DNA of 64,000 nucleotides from Vulcanimicrobiota bacterium (GTDB taxonomy: Bacteria; Vulcanimicrobiota; Xenobia; Xenobiales; QWHO01). Of this stretch, positions 1-8,052 are shown piece after piece (position 1 is the first letter of the stretch; each line of letters opens with the position of its first letter). A program made the position numbers and the translations under genes. Under the pieces are notes generated by a model. That model did no database searches and had not been told where the DNA came from. It saw nothing but the letters and a program-made list of their open reading frames with translations. The DNA is taken from positions 1,758 through 65,757 of the forward strand of contig JBDHVW010000039.1 of NCBI GenBank assembly GCA_039809865.1, written 5' to 3'.

Positions 1-138
1 GTCCAGCAGGGCGGTCTTGCCCGCGCCCACGGGGCCGCAGATCAACAGGAAATTGTGGTTCTTGAGCGTGCGAAAGTCGACCAGCTGCTCTCCGGCGTAA
101 GGGCCGAAGGCTTTCAGACGCAGGCGCTCCGGTCTCAT
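1..138 (-). CDS. sbcC: SbcC/Rad50-family ATPase, first 46 codons only (gene runs off the window start)
   Basis: Reverse complement of 1-138 reads MRPERLRLKAFGPYAGEQLVDFRTLKNHNFLLICGPVGAGKTALLD, with Walker A GPVGAGKT. Its ATG (136-138) overlaps the sbcD stop as ATGA. It is open-ended, so it is absent from the ORF track. Confidence 0.75.
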   Translation of the reverse strand, partial: MRPERLRLKAFGPYAGEQLVDFRTLKNHNFLLICGPVGAGKTALLD

Positions 139-1232
139 TCGTCCGGAAGCTCGCCCAGCAGCACGAGGTCGCTCAGGGACGGGGCTTCCCCGGTGACCTC
201 GCGGTAGAACTCGGAAAAGAAGGCCGGATCCCCGGGTCGCTGCAGCTCCAGGGGCAGGCTGGCCTTCATGCGCGGGTGCTCCACGCTGAGCAGATTGGGG
301 AAGATGCCGCGCAGGCGGCCCCAGGCGTCGCCCACGGGGACCTCGTCGGTGAGCCGAATTTGCAGATAGTCGCCCTGGGGAATGTCGAAGCTGCGGGCGA
401 TCAGGTCTTCGAGCTTGCCCTCCAGGCGCCGCAGCTTGCGTTTGGGCGTGATGGGAGCGGCCTCGGACAAGACCCGCCCGCGCGCGTCGAGGGTGATGCG
501 GCTGACCGAGTGCACGGTGTCCGCCTCATCGAAGGAGTAGGGGAGGATCGAGCCCGGATACTGGATTTTCTTGCTGCCGACCGTCTGCGCCTGGTGGAAA
601 TAGCCCAGCGCCGCGAGATCGAACGACTCGAAGAGCGCCGGCGGCACCCACGAGTGGGGGGGAATGGGCGGCTCGGAGGGGCTGGGATGCCCGCCCACGC
701 AGGGGGCGTGCGCCATGATCACGCTGCGCACCCCTTCGGGATGGGCCTGGCGCACTTTCTGCACCAGCGCGCGCGTGGCTTCACTGGGGTGGATGAGATC
801 GGGGCGGTTGAGGAAGTTGCGCAGCGTGGGTAAATCCGAGCAGGGTACCGGGTAGACGCGCACGGGCCCGTGCTCGTCCATCAGCTCCACGGCCACCGAG
901 CCGCTCAGCGTCGTCCGCGCGTGCACGCCCTGGTTCTCCAGCAGCCGGGCCGCGAACGAGAGCCGGTCGGGGCTGTCCTGGAAGCCATCGATGAAGATCA
1001 CCTTCACCTTGACCTCGCGCACCAGGATGCTGAGGATCTCGTCCAGCAGGCTCACCGCCTCGGGAGGCGGCACCACGCGGTCGTAGAGGTCGCCCGAGAT
1101 CAGGATGGCCGTCGGGTGAAAGTCGGAGGCGATATGCACCAGCTGCTCGAGTGCGTGGTGCTGGTCGTCCACCAGCGACGCCCCGCAGAGGACCTTGCCC
1201 AGATGCCAGTCGGCGGTATGCAGAAGCCGCAT
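135..1232 (-). CDS. sbcD: Exonuclease SbcCD nuclease subunit D (Mre11-type calcineurin-like phosphoesterase)
   Basis: N-terminus MRLLHTADWHLGK and ILISGDLYDR metallophosphoesterase motifs. Translationally coupled to the downstream sbcC start. Confidence 0.9.
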   Translation of the reverse strand: MRLLHTADWHLGKVLCGASLVDDQHHALEQLVHIASDFHPTAILISGDLYDRVVPPPEAVSLLDEILSILVREVKVKVIFIDGFQDSPDRLSFAARLLENQGVHARTTLSGSVAVELMDEHGPVRVYPVPCSDLPTLRNFLNRPDLIHPSEATRALVQKVRQAHPEGVRSVIMAHAPCVGGHPSPSEPPIPPHSWVPPALFESFDLAALGYFHQAQTVGSKKIQYPGSILPYSFDEADTVHSVSRITLDARGRVLSEAAPITPKRKLRRLEGKLEDLIARSFDIPQGDYLQIRLTDEVPVGDAWGRLRGIFPNLLSVEHPRMKASLPLELQRPGDPAFFSEFYREVTGEAPSLSDLVLLGELPDE

Positions 1233-1281
1233 GGAGGCTTGAAGTTCTTAGCCGGAGGGGATTGCTCCTCTGGAGAGAGCC

Positions 1282-1350
1282 GGTTGGCAGTCAGCAGTTG
1301 GCAGTTGGCAGTGGGGTCGACAGTTGACAGTCGACAGTCGACAGGAGAGG
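1282..1350 (+). repeat. Heptanucleotide tandem array (TTGGCAG x3-4, then TCGACAG/TTGACAG x4) ending in GGAGAGG
   Basis: Direct reading: ggttggcagtcagcagttggcagttggcagtggggtcgacagttgacagtcgacagtcgacaggagagg. Lies in the intergenic gap between the sbcD start and the PLD gene stop. Confidence 0.85.
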
Positions 1351-1382
1351 TCCGGGGATACGCCCTCGTCCCGTCTCCCTCC

Positions 1383-3824
1383 CTATTCCCACTTCAGCTC
1401 GGGGAGCTCGAGGTAATCGCCTTTGCTGAGCGGTTCCAGCGACTGCCAGGAGGGCATCTTGCGGAGCTCTTCGTGGAACTTGTTGGGGCCGAGGACTTCC
1501 TCGAGGGAGGTCAGGGTGGCGTAGCCCTCGGGCACGCCTTCGCTGACGTGGCGGTCGATGGCCTCGCGCACTTCCTGGCTGCCATCCACCAGCCGGCGCA
1601 CGACGGTGGCCGACTCCTTCTCGTAGTTGTAGATGCGGCGAATGGTCTCGCGCACGATGCTGGAGCGCGCCTCCTGGATGCGGTAAGGCTTGTCGGCGCT
1701 GTCGATTTCCTTGAGCCGCTCACCGGCCACTTTCAGAGTATTGACCTCGACCGACTCGAACTCCCAGGTCTTGAGGAAGTCGTTGACGATGGCACGCTGC
1801 TGCTTGACCGACTCGGGATCCTCTTTGTCGAAGCTGACCGAGCCCGACAGCTCCCAGTTGTCCATCAGGCCGCGGCTGGACATGTTGGTGCTGCCCAGCA
1901 CCGCCATTTTCTCGGTGATGACGGCTTTGGCGTGGATCTTGCGGTCGTGGGCCGGGTCGGTGCGGGCCAGGAGAGCCCAGCGCACGGGGATTCCGGCGTC
2001 TTCCAAAGCCAGGTAGCCGGCTTCGTTGGGGGTGCCGCCGTCCGGGTAGATGCCCGGATCGAGCACGCACTTGATGTCCAGCGTCTTGCCCTGGGCCTTC
2101 AGCTCTTCGTAGCGGGCCACGATGGCGCGCGCCACCACGCGGGTCATCACGAAGCTGGGCACGTAGATGAACTCTTCGGCCGTGGCGATGGTGTTGAGCA
2201 GCACCGCCATGCGCTCGGTGGGGTCGTTGCCGATGGCCAGGCTGGATTTGCCCACCTGCTTGCCCTCGGGGAGGCTGATGTCCTTGCAGCGCTCGATGTT
2301 GTCCTCGGACTGGACCCGCTCCACGACCTCCTTGAGCTGGCGCGACAGCATGCGGCCGCCTTCACGCTTGAGCTCGACGGTGTTGGACGGGGTGTCGCCC
2401 TTTTGCAGGAAGGCCTGCAGGTCGAAGCCGTCCTTGACCTTGTCGCCGTTGGTGTCTTCCATCTCGACGATCAGGTCGAGGCGGGTGCCAGCGGCTTCGG
2501 CCAGCTTGTTGAGCGTCTCGGGGCTCCAGGCCAGCAAGGGCTTGTCCACGCCGCGGAAGTCGGTGCCGGCCGCGGCCAGCAAGAGGCAGATGAGTCCGGA
2601 CGGGCCGATGTACATGTGCCCGGCCGAGATCATGGCCGTCTTCTCGGAGTCGTAGATCTCCTCGAGCTGGGCGCCGGCCGAGAGGGCGGTGTCCTCCGAG
2701 AAGATCTCGACGAGCCGGCGCGCGCCGGGCCCTTCCAGCTTGACGGCGGCGTCCACGTTCTCGGAGGAGGCCGAGTTGGCGTTCATGCCCCCGAGAATGA
2801 CCTGCTCGCCGACGCGGAACAGCTTCTGGTGCATCAGGTTGGCGTCGTCGATCTCGCGCTCAACCGGGAACAGCGTCAGGCCGATGTCGTTGCCCTTGTC
2901 GGCTGCGTCCAGCACGCAGTAGCTGGTGTAGAGCTTCTTGGCGATCTCGTTGACGAACATGTTGCCCGAGCGGTCCACCGTGACGCGTCCCGGATCCATG
3001 TTGACGCGCACCTTGCAGCCCGCCTGGGAGGCGTCCACCAGCTTGCTCAGCATGGTGCGGCTGGTCAGCTCGTAGTACTGCACGTCGATCTCGGCCGCGC
3101 CGTTGCCGTTCTTGGCGTTGGTGATGGCGCCGTCGAGCATCTTCATCTTGGCGGTCCAGATCTGGTCGCGCGTGAGCACTTCGGCCGAGTTGCCGTTGTA
3201 GACGATGCCGCCGTCGTTCTCGCGGATCCGCTCCATCAGGCCGAGCGTCTCCTTCATGTCCTTCTGCGATATGGCGGCAAAGGTGTAGAAGCCCGCCGTG
3301 GTGGGAGAGAAGGCGGGAGAGCCCTCGGCGATGCGGCCCAGCTCCTCGGTGCGCGCCTGCACCCGGAAGCGCTCGCGGGCGCCCTCCCACTGCTGCAGGA
3401 ACTGGTGCACCTTGATCAGGTTGTTGTTGGTGCGGGTGTCTTTGTAGTCGCTGTCGCGGTAGACGTGATGCAGCTCGCGGTGCCAGTTGTTGACGCCGCG
3501 CACGAACTTGTCGAACTCCTTGAGCTCGTTGCGATCCGCGGTCTCGGTGGTGCGGATGTCGTTGATCAGGTTCTCCAGGCGCTTGGGGGTGAGGCTCTCG
3601 TCCAGCTTGATCTTGCTGGCCAGCTCCTCGACGGAGTTGAGGCACTCTTCGGAGATGATGTCCCGGCCGACGCGCACGCGGCCTTTCTCGAGCTCGGGGA
3701 AATTGGGAGCAGAGTCGTCTTCGTTGACGTCCTCGGGGGCTTCGCCATCGGCGGGCATGTATCGCTGCTTGGGCACTGCTCGCCCGGCGTAGAACGCAGC
3801 CTGCGGCTGGGTGAAGACTTGCAT
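1383..3824 (-). CDS. Phospholipase D superfamily protein with two HKD motifs (813 aa, no signal peptide or TM)
   Basis: HKD-1 is LMHQKLFRVGEQVILGGMNAN and HKD-2 is KIHAKAVITEKMAVLGSTNMS (HxK...GSxN). About 250 aa N-terminal and about 130 aa C-terminal regions have no motif I recognise. Confidence 0.8.
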   Translation of the reverse strand: MQVFTQPQAAFYAGRAVPKQRYMPADGEAPEDVNEDDSAPNFPELEKGRVRVGRDIISEECLNSVEELASKIKLDESLTPKRLENLINDIRTTETADRNELKEFDKFVRGVNNWHRELHHVYRDSDYKDTRTNNNLIKVHQFLQQWEGARERFRVQARTEELGRIAEGSPAFSPTTAGFYTFAAISQKDMKETLGLMERIRENDGGIVYNGNSAEVLTRDQIWTAKMKMLDGAITNAKNGNGAAEIDVQYYELTSRTMLSKLVDASQAGCKVRVNMDPGRVTVDRSGNMFVNEIAKKLYTSYCVLDAADKGNDIGLTLFPVEREIDDANLMHQKLFRVGEQVILGGMNANSASSENVDAAVKLEGPGARRLVEIFSEDTALSAGAQLEEIYDSEKTAMISAGHMYIGPSGLICLLLAAAGTDFRGVDKPLLAWSPETLNKLAEAAGTRLDLIVEMEDTNGDKVKDGFDLQAFLQKGDTPSNTVELKREGGRMLSRQLKEVVERVQSEDNIERCKDISLPEGKQVGKSSLAIGNDPTERMAVLLNTIATAEEFIYVPSFVMTRVVARAIVARYEELKAQGKTLDIKCVLDPGIYPDGGTPNEAGYLALEDAGIPVRWALLARTDPAHDRKIHAKAVITEKMAVLGSTNMSSRGLMDNWELSGSVSFDKEDPESVKQQRAIVNDFLKTWEFESVEVNTLKVAGERLKEIDSADKPYRIQEARSSIVRETIRRIYNYEKESATVVRRLVDGSQEVREAIDRHVSEGVPEGYATLTSLEEVLGPNKFHEELRKMPSWQSLEPLSKGDYLELPELKWE

Positions 3825-3870
3825 TGGGGTCAGTGTAGCTGAAAGGGATCTGAAAAAGTGAACTTTTTTG

Positions 3871-4401
3871 TTACGGTCGGGACGAACCGGGCAGAACGAA
3901 CCCGGGCGGGGCGCTGTACTCCATCCCCTGGGGCAGTTGCACTTGTGGACAACTCGTGTCCATGCCCGGCATCATGCCGGGGACGGTGGGCAAGGGAGCG
4001 CTGCCGTCGAGCTTGGGGCACCCTTCCGGCGCGGCGATGCGCAGGGCCGTGGTTTTCAGGCACACTTGCTGACCGGGCACTTGGAAGCGAAACTCGGTGG
4101 GCGACTGGCCCATCATGATGACCTGCTGGTTGGAGGTGAGCATCTGCACGGGCTGCGAGCTCTTGACCTGGTAGGTGACGTAGGCCATCCCCATCCGGTG
4201 GGTGGTGATGCTGACGAAGACCTGCGCGTTCTGGAGGCCCGGCAATTGCACTTGCCCGGTGCCGCCGTTGGGGATCTCGACCCGCGTCTGACCCAGGTTG
4301 CCGGCATCCAGGTCCAATTGGAACTGGAGCTTGGAAAGAGCCGGCTCGCCCAGCGCGGGGGCCAGCAAGACGAGGATGCAGAGCAGGATCCTTTTCATCA
4401 A
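3871..4401 (-). CDS. Secreted hypothetical protein
   Basis: N-terminal signal peptide MMKRILLCILVLLAPALG. No recognisable domain. Confidence 0.6.
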   Translation of the reverse strand: MMKRILLCILVLLAPALGEPALSKLQFQLDLDAGNLGQTRVEIPNGGTGQVQLPGLQNAQVFVSITTHRMGMAYVTYQVKSSQPVQMLTSNQQVIMMGQSPTEFRFQVPGQQVCLKTTALRIAAPEGCPKLDGSAPLPTVPGMMPGMDTSCPQVQLPQGMEYSAPPGFVLPGSSRP

Positions 4402-4497
4402 GGCTAGGGTAGGTCAAGTCCGGGACCGGATATGTTGCGAGGAAGTTAAGGTTTGGTCGTGGAGGTTGGCTGTGTTCACTACGTCGAAAACTTCAGG

Positions 4498-4830
4498 ATG
4501 AGTCTCTTGCTGGGTTCTGAGCCGGTCCCGCTGAACCGCCTCCCGGATGGCACGATAAGAATCACAGGCACCCGCGTCCCTTTGGACACGGTTGTCGGCG
4601 CATTCATCGACGGCTCGACCCCCGAAGAGATCGTGCAGCAATATCCGACACTGTCCCTCGAGAACACCTACTGGACGATCAGTTTCTACCTGCGGCACCG
4701 CGACGAGGTGGACGCTTACCTGGAGCAGCGCCGTGCCGAGGCGGACGAGATTCGCCGCGAGAATGAGGCCAGGTTTGATCCTACCGGCGTCAGAGCCAGA
4801 CTGCTCGCGCGTAAAACCGGGTCTGCTTGA
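4498..4830 (+). CDS. DUF433-domain protein (antitoxin-like partner of DUF5615)
   Basis: TRVPLDTVVGAFIDGSTPEEIVQQYPTLSLE matches the DUF433 signature recalled from the family. Its stop overlaps the start of the next ORF (TTGA). The track start (TTG 4453) is possible; ATG 4498 is preferred. Confidence 0.7.
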   Translation: MSLLLGSEPVPLNRLPDGTIRITGTRVPLDTVVGAFIDGSTPEEIVQQYPTLSLENTYWTISFYLRHRDEVDAYLEQRRAEADEIRRENEARFDPTGVRARLLARKTGSA

Positions 4831-5110
4831 TTCCTCTGGCAGTCGACGAAAACTTCGACAACCGGATTCTCCGTGGCGCCCTGCTTCGAAACTCCGCACT
4901 CGATGTAGTTCGAGTTCAGGACGTCATGGCTGAGGCCGAAGACCCGGAGGTTCTGGAGTGGGCGGCCCGTGAAGGTCGCGTTCTCCTCACGCACGATGTC
5001 CGAACGATGACCTGCTTCGCATACGAACGAGTCGGGGCGAGCTCTTGCTTCTCGCGGAATGCAGCCAGCCGGGCGAATGGGAGGGGCAAGTGCGCTATCT
5101 CCCGCTCTAG
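4827..5110 (+). pseudogene. DUF5615 (PIN/Mut7-C-like) toxin gene, disrupted by an internal deletion plus frameshift
   Basis: Frame 0 gives the family N-terminal part: MIPLAVDENFDNRILRGALLRNSALDVVRVQDV..DPEVLEWAAREGRVLLTHDVRTMTCFAYERV. The expected family C-terminus GELLLLAECSQPGEWEGQVRYLPL-stop is read from 5036-5110 in a different frame. About 20 aa of the usual middle segment appear to be missing. Confidence 0.6.
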
Positions 5111-5784
5111 CCGCGGTCTCCGGCTTTACTTTGGAAGCTCGCCGCAACGGCTTCCCGCCACTCTGTGTAGATTATTCGTTGAGGCCGCTCAAGGACGAGC
5201 AATCGGTAGTCAAATGCTCTCAGGATCGCCTCTTCACTCGAGGACAGGAGCCTGTTGAAAGAGCAGTGGCGAACACGGGTGCAACTCCACCGGAGTGGTT
5301 TTCCGGGCACGTCTGGACTGTATCTCAACGCGGACCCACAGGTTGGGCAATCACCCCCCATCCTGATGAGGGCGCGTTCTCGCTCGGTATGGACCGCACC
5401 AAACTTCACGGTCACGTTCCAGCGCTCGCGAGATATCCGGTTCATCTTGAGGTAGAGTCGTAGCATCTTGCGCGGGTCGTAGCGGGGGTGGTTCGGGGTG
5501 ACCTCGTACTCCGACTTGGAAATCTCGATCTCTTCTTCGAATCTGATCAGGCGGCCAGCGTCGAGTGGATCATCAGGCCTTGAAATGTCCTCATTCGACC
5601 AAACCACCATTGGAAGCCGATAGAAGTCCTGGCCGTGTTTTGCAACGACTTGAGTCGTCGTTATCCAGGTTACAGCCCCAGCTGAGCTCCCCGGACGGGG
5701 TTCTTCTTTCACAGCGACTATCTTGATGGACTTATAGCCTGCTTCAAGCAGGTAGATTATGCCTTCGACCGCTTGCAGGGACAC
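5107..5784 (-). CDS. Hypothetical protein with a C4 zinc-ribbon resembling the topoisomerase-type zinc finger
   Basis: CPTCGSALRYSPDVPGKPLRWSCTRVRHCSF follows a CPxCG...W.C....C.F pattern. The region is visibly lower in GC (~50%) than its surroundings. No other motif recognised. Confidence 0.45.
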   Translation of the reverse strand: MSLQAVEGIIYLLEAGYKSIKIVAVKEEPRPGSSAGAVTWITTTQVVAKHGQDFYRLPMVVWSNEDISRPDDPLDAGRLIRFEEEIEISKSEYEVTPNHPRYDPRKMLRLYLKMNRISRERWNVTVKFGAVHTERERALIRMGGDCPTCGSALRYSPDVPGKPLRWSCTRVRHCSFNRLLSSSEEAILRAFDYRLLVLERPQRIIYTEWREAVAASFQSKAGDRG

Positions 5785-5839
5785 ACGGTCTTATCCCACG
5801 GCCGAAGAGATTTCCCCTCCCGGCAACAGCGGCGGAGGC

Positions 5840-6280
5840 TCAGGGCTTCAATGAAGCGCTGACGCCGGTGACCACGCCCTGGCTCACCTCGAGCTTCCAG
5901 GCGACCTTCCCGTAGCGGGTGTCCACGGGGTTCTTGACGATGCGGCCCCGGGCGCGGCATTTGGCCTCCGACTCGCCCTTCCTGGCCAGCAAGACGCCGT
6001 TGATCTTGAGGGTGTGTCCCTCGACAGAGACGATCTGCTCCTGCTCGTTGGTGCGCACCACGGTAAACTCGTTGTGGTCACACCACCGGGTGAGGCCATC
6101 GTGGCTGCCGCCGAACTCGAACTCGCCTCCCACCGGGTGATTCACCTTGGAATCGTGGAACGACGAGCCGCAGACCAGACCATCGACGGCCACGTTGGTG
6201 CCGGTCTGGCCCCAGACGAGCGCGGCCAGCAAAAGGATCAGGACGAACGGTATTCCACGTTGAGCAAGACGGTGGCCCAC
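5840..6280 (-). CDS. Small secreted hypothetical protein
   Basis: The in-frame GTG at 6280 gives (M)GHRLAQRGIPFVLILLLAALVWGQ, a signal peptide. The longer track ORF (to 6508) would lie inside the AlkA-like gene. The start is uncertain. Confidence 0.45.
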   Translation of the reverse strand: MGHRLAQRGIPFVLILLLAALVWGQTGTNVAVDGLVCGSSFHDSKVNHPVGGEFEFGGSHDGLTRWCDHNEFTVVRTNEQEQIVSVEGHTLKINGVLLARKGESEAKCRARGRIVKNPVDTRYGKVAWKLEVSQGVVTGVSASLKP

Positions 6281-7056
6281 ATCCGGTAAGGTCGCCAGAT
6301 CTCCGACAGCTCCTTCAGCCTGGCCCCGGGACCATAGGCCTGAGCGATGGCGTCCAGAGTGGCGGGGTTCTCCACGGTGCAGTCCACCAGGCCGGCGCCT
6401 CGATAAAGGATGCCGCTGGCGAAAAACGGCCCGACCCCCGGCAGAGATTGCAGCCTGGCCAGCGCCTCGGCCTCGGGGAGCGAGCGCAGGACGGCCCGAT
6501 CGAGCCAACCTTCCAGGGCGGCCTCGGCCACCTTATGCAGTCGCTCGATCTTGAGGGCGGGCACGCCCGGGAACTCGTTCAAAGCCAGCAGCTTGCGGGG
6601 ATCGGGGAAGGCCGGGTAGCCGTCGCAGTCGACGCCCACGGCGCGGGCCATCCGCTCCATCAAGTTCCGGCGCTGCTTGATCGAGATGCGATGACCCAGG
6701 ATGAACGCCGCCGCGGCCTCGTAGGGCGAGTGGAACAGGACGGGGCGCAGATAGTGGTGCTTCTTCTGCAACTCGCCGATGACCGGGTCGCGTTTCCCCA
6801 CGTCGGGCCAGCCGGTGCCGTCCTCATCCAGCGAGAGAGCCTCGGCGGCCTGCTGGACGGCGCGCGGAGGGCCGTCGAAGAGCACTTCGGACCCCTCCTG
6901 GCGCACGAGCACGAGTGCCGACTCACGCCACCCCTCGACCGGAAAGGCCATCGCGAGTTGCTCGTCTCGACGAACGAGCCACCCGCCGAAGTAGCGGTTC
7001 TGGTTGGCCAGGTCGAAAGGGCCACGCGGCTTCATCTCCATCCGTTCGGCCCTCAT
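6238..7056 (-). CDS. DNA-3-methyladenine glycosylase II-like (HhH-GPD superfamily)
   Basis: Helix-hairpin-helix/GPD region LQSLPGVGPFFASGILYRGAG, and an AlkA-like length. Confidence 0.75.
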   Translation of the reverse strand: MRAERMEMKPRGPFDLANQNRYFGGWLVRRDEQLAMAFPVEGWRESALVLVRQEGSEVLFDGPPRAVQQAAEALSLDEDGTGWPDVGKRDPVIGELQKKHHYLRPVLFHSPYEAAAAFILGHRISIKQRRNLMERMARAVGVDCDGYPAFPDPRKLLALNEFPGVPALKIERLHKVAEAALEGWLDRAVLRSLPEAEALARLQSLPGVGPFFASGILYRGAGLVDCTVENPATLDAIAQAYGPGARLKELSEIWRPYRMWATVLLNVEYRSS

Positions 7057-7069
7057 CCTCGACTACCGT

Positions 7070-7756
7070 CTACCTCCCGCCGCGCCGAGCCGCCTCAACG
7101 AAGCGGTCGAACAGGCTCTGCAGCTCCGGCATGTCCTCGGGGTGAAACTGCACCCCCATCTGGAAGCTCGGGCCCCTACCCTGAATGGCTTCCACGGTGC
7201 CGTCCTCGGACCATGCGGTGACTTCGAAGCCCGCGCCCACGCGATCGACGGCCTGGTGGTGGATGGAGTTGACGCGGGGGCGGCTGCCCAGCACGCGGCG
7301 CAGCTCCTGGCGGGTCTGCAGGCGGTGAATCCCCTCGCCACGCAGCGCCGCGTCTTGCAGCACGCGGTCGAAGGTGTGCTCGTCGACGTGCTGGTGCAGG
7401 GTTCCGCCCGCGGCCACGTTCAGTACCTGGAGGCCGCGGCAGATTCCCAGCACCGGCAGGCCCTGGCGCAGGGCGCGCCCGGTGTGGTGCAGCTGAAAGC
7501 GGTCGAATTTCGGGTCCAGGCCCTCGGCCTGCTCCAGCGCCTGGCCGTAAAAGCCCGGGTGAATGTCCCCGCCGCCCGGCAGCAGCAGGCCCTGGACGTT
7601 CTCGACCGCCTGGCCCGGCTGCACCAGCACCGTTTCAGCGCCGGCCCGCGTCAGGCTCTCGACGAGCAGGGGGATGGACTTGTGGGAAGGCCCGTTGCCG
7701 GCGGCGACGGGAAGGGTCCAATAATTCTGGGGAATCAGGATGGCGACACGGATCAT
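7070..7756 (-). CDS. Gamma-glutamyl-gamma-aminobutyrate hydrolase family (peptidase C26, class I glutamine amidotransferase fold)
   Basis: Catalytic motifs GICRGLQ, NSIHHQAV and GVQFHPE. Confidence 0.85.
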   Translation of the reverse strand: MIRVAILIPQNYWTLPVAAGNGPSHKSIPLLVESLTRAGAETVLVQPGQAVENVQGLLLPGGGDIHPGFYGQALEQAEGLDPKFDRFQLHHTGRALRQGLPVLGICRGLQVLNVAAGGTLHQHVDEHTFDRVLQDAALRGEGIHRLQTRQELRRVLGSRPRVNSIHHQAVDRVGAGFEVTAWSEDGTVEAIQGRGPSFQMGVQFHPEDMPELQSLFDRFVEAARRGGR

Positions 7757-8052
7757 CGGGAATCACCTCGTTGTTGAATGTAGGGTCGCGAGTCAGAGCT
7801 CTAGCGACAACAACAACAGAGGCAACAACAGCGGTACGAAGCGACGAACGAGGGCGTGCTGCTCAGATACCGCATGATGGTTCCATCATACCCACGCGCG
7901 GGCCACATGGCAAGCCCTGTGGCGAACTGTTAACACGCGCCTCCCGCAAGAACGGCGTTGCGAGTCCTCGCGGCTTGAATCGCATTAGGAAATTCCGACC
8001 AAACGCCGGCTTCTCGAAGGGCCAGGGCGAAAACACGCCGAAACGACCTTTT

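Noticed and set aside
870-3842. 990-aa plus-strand ORF opposite the PLD gene. Similar very long ORFs lie at 11257-14892 (minus strand, opposite metH), 21666-23288, 28232-29701, 31369-33051, 34518-36107, 36912-37790, 37750-39183, 47049-48464, 48988-50547, 53614-54963, 59534-62101, 61554-62759 and 63199-63999.
   Set aside because: Their translations are low-complexity and rich in Arg/Gly/Ala/His/Leu-Val, with no motifs. Each lies exactly antisense to, or out of frame with, a gene that has clear family signatures. This is the usual stop-codon-poor shadow ORF of high-GC DNA.
3825-3870. AAAAAGT-ga-ACTTTTT palindrome between the PLD start and the upstream secreted-protein stop.
   Set aside because: It is AT-only, has a very short loop and a weak stem. 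It could be a minor terminator or promoter UP-like element, but it is not distinctive enough to report as a feature.
7757-8052. 296-nt lower-GC gap upstream of the kinase. It is included in the track ORF from TTG 7771, and I considered it as a possible small RNA or riboswitch.
   Set aside because: I could recognise no conserved RNA motif, hairpin-terminator or SD-led small ORF. The peptide it would encode has no kinase-related features. It is left unannotated and could not be tested without covariance-model searches.
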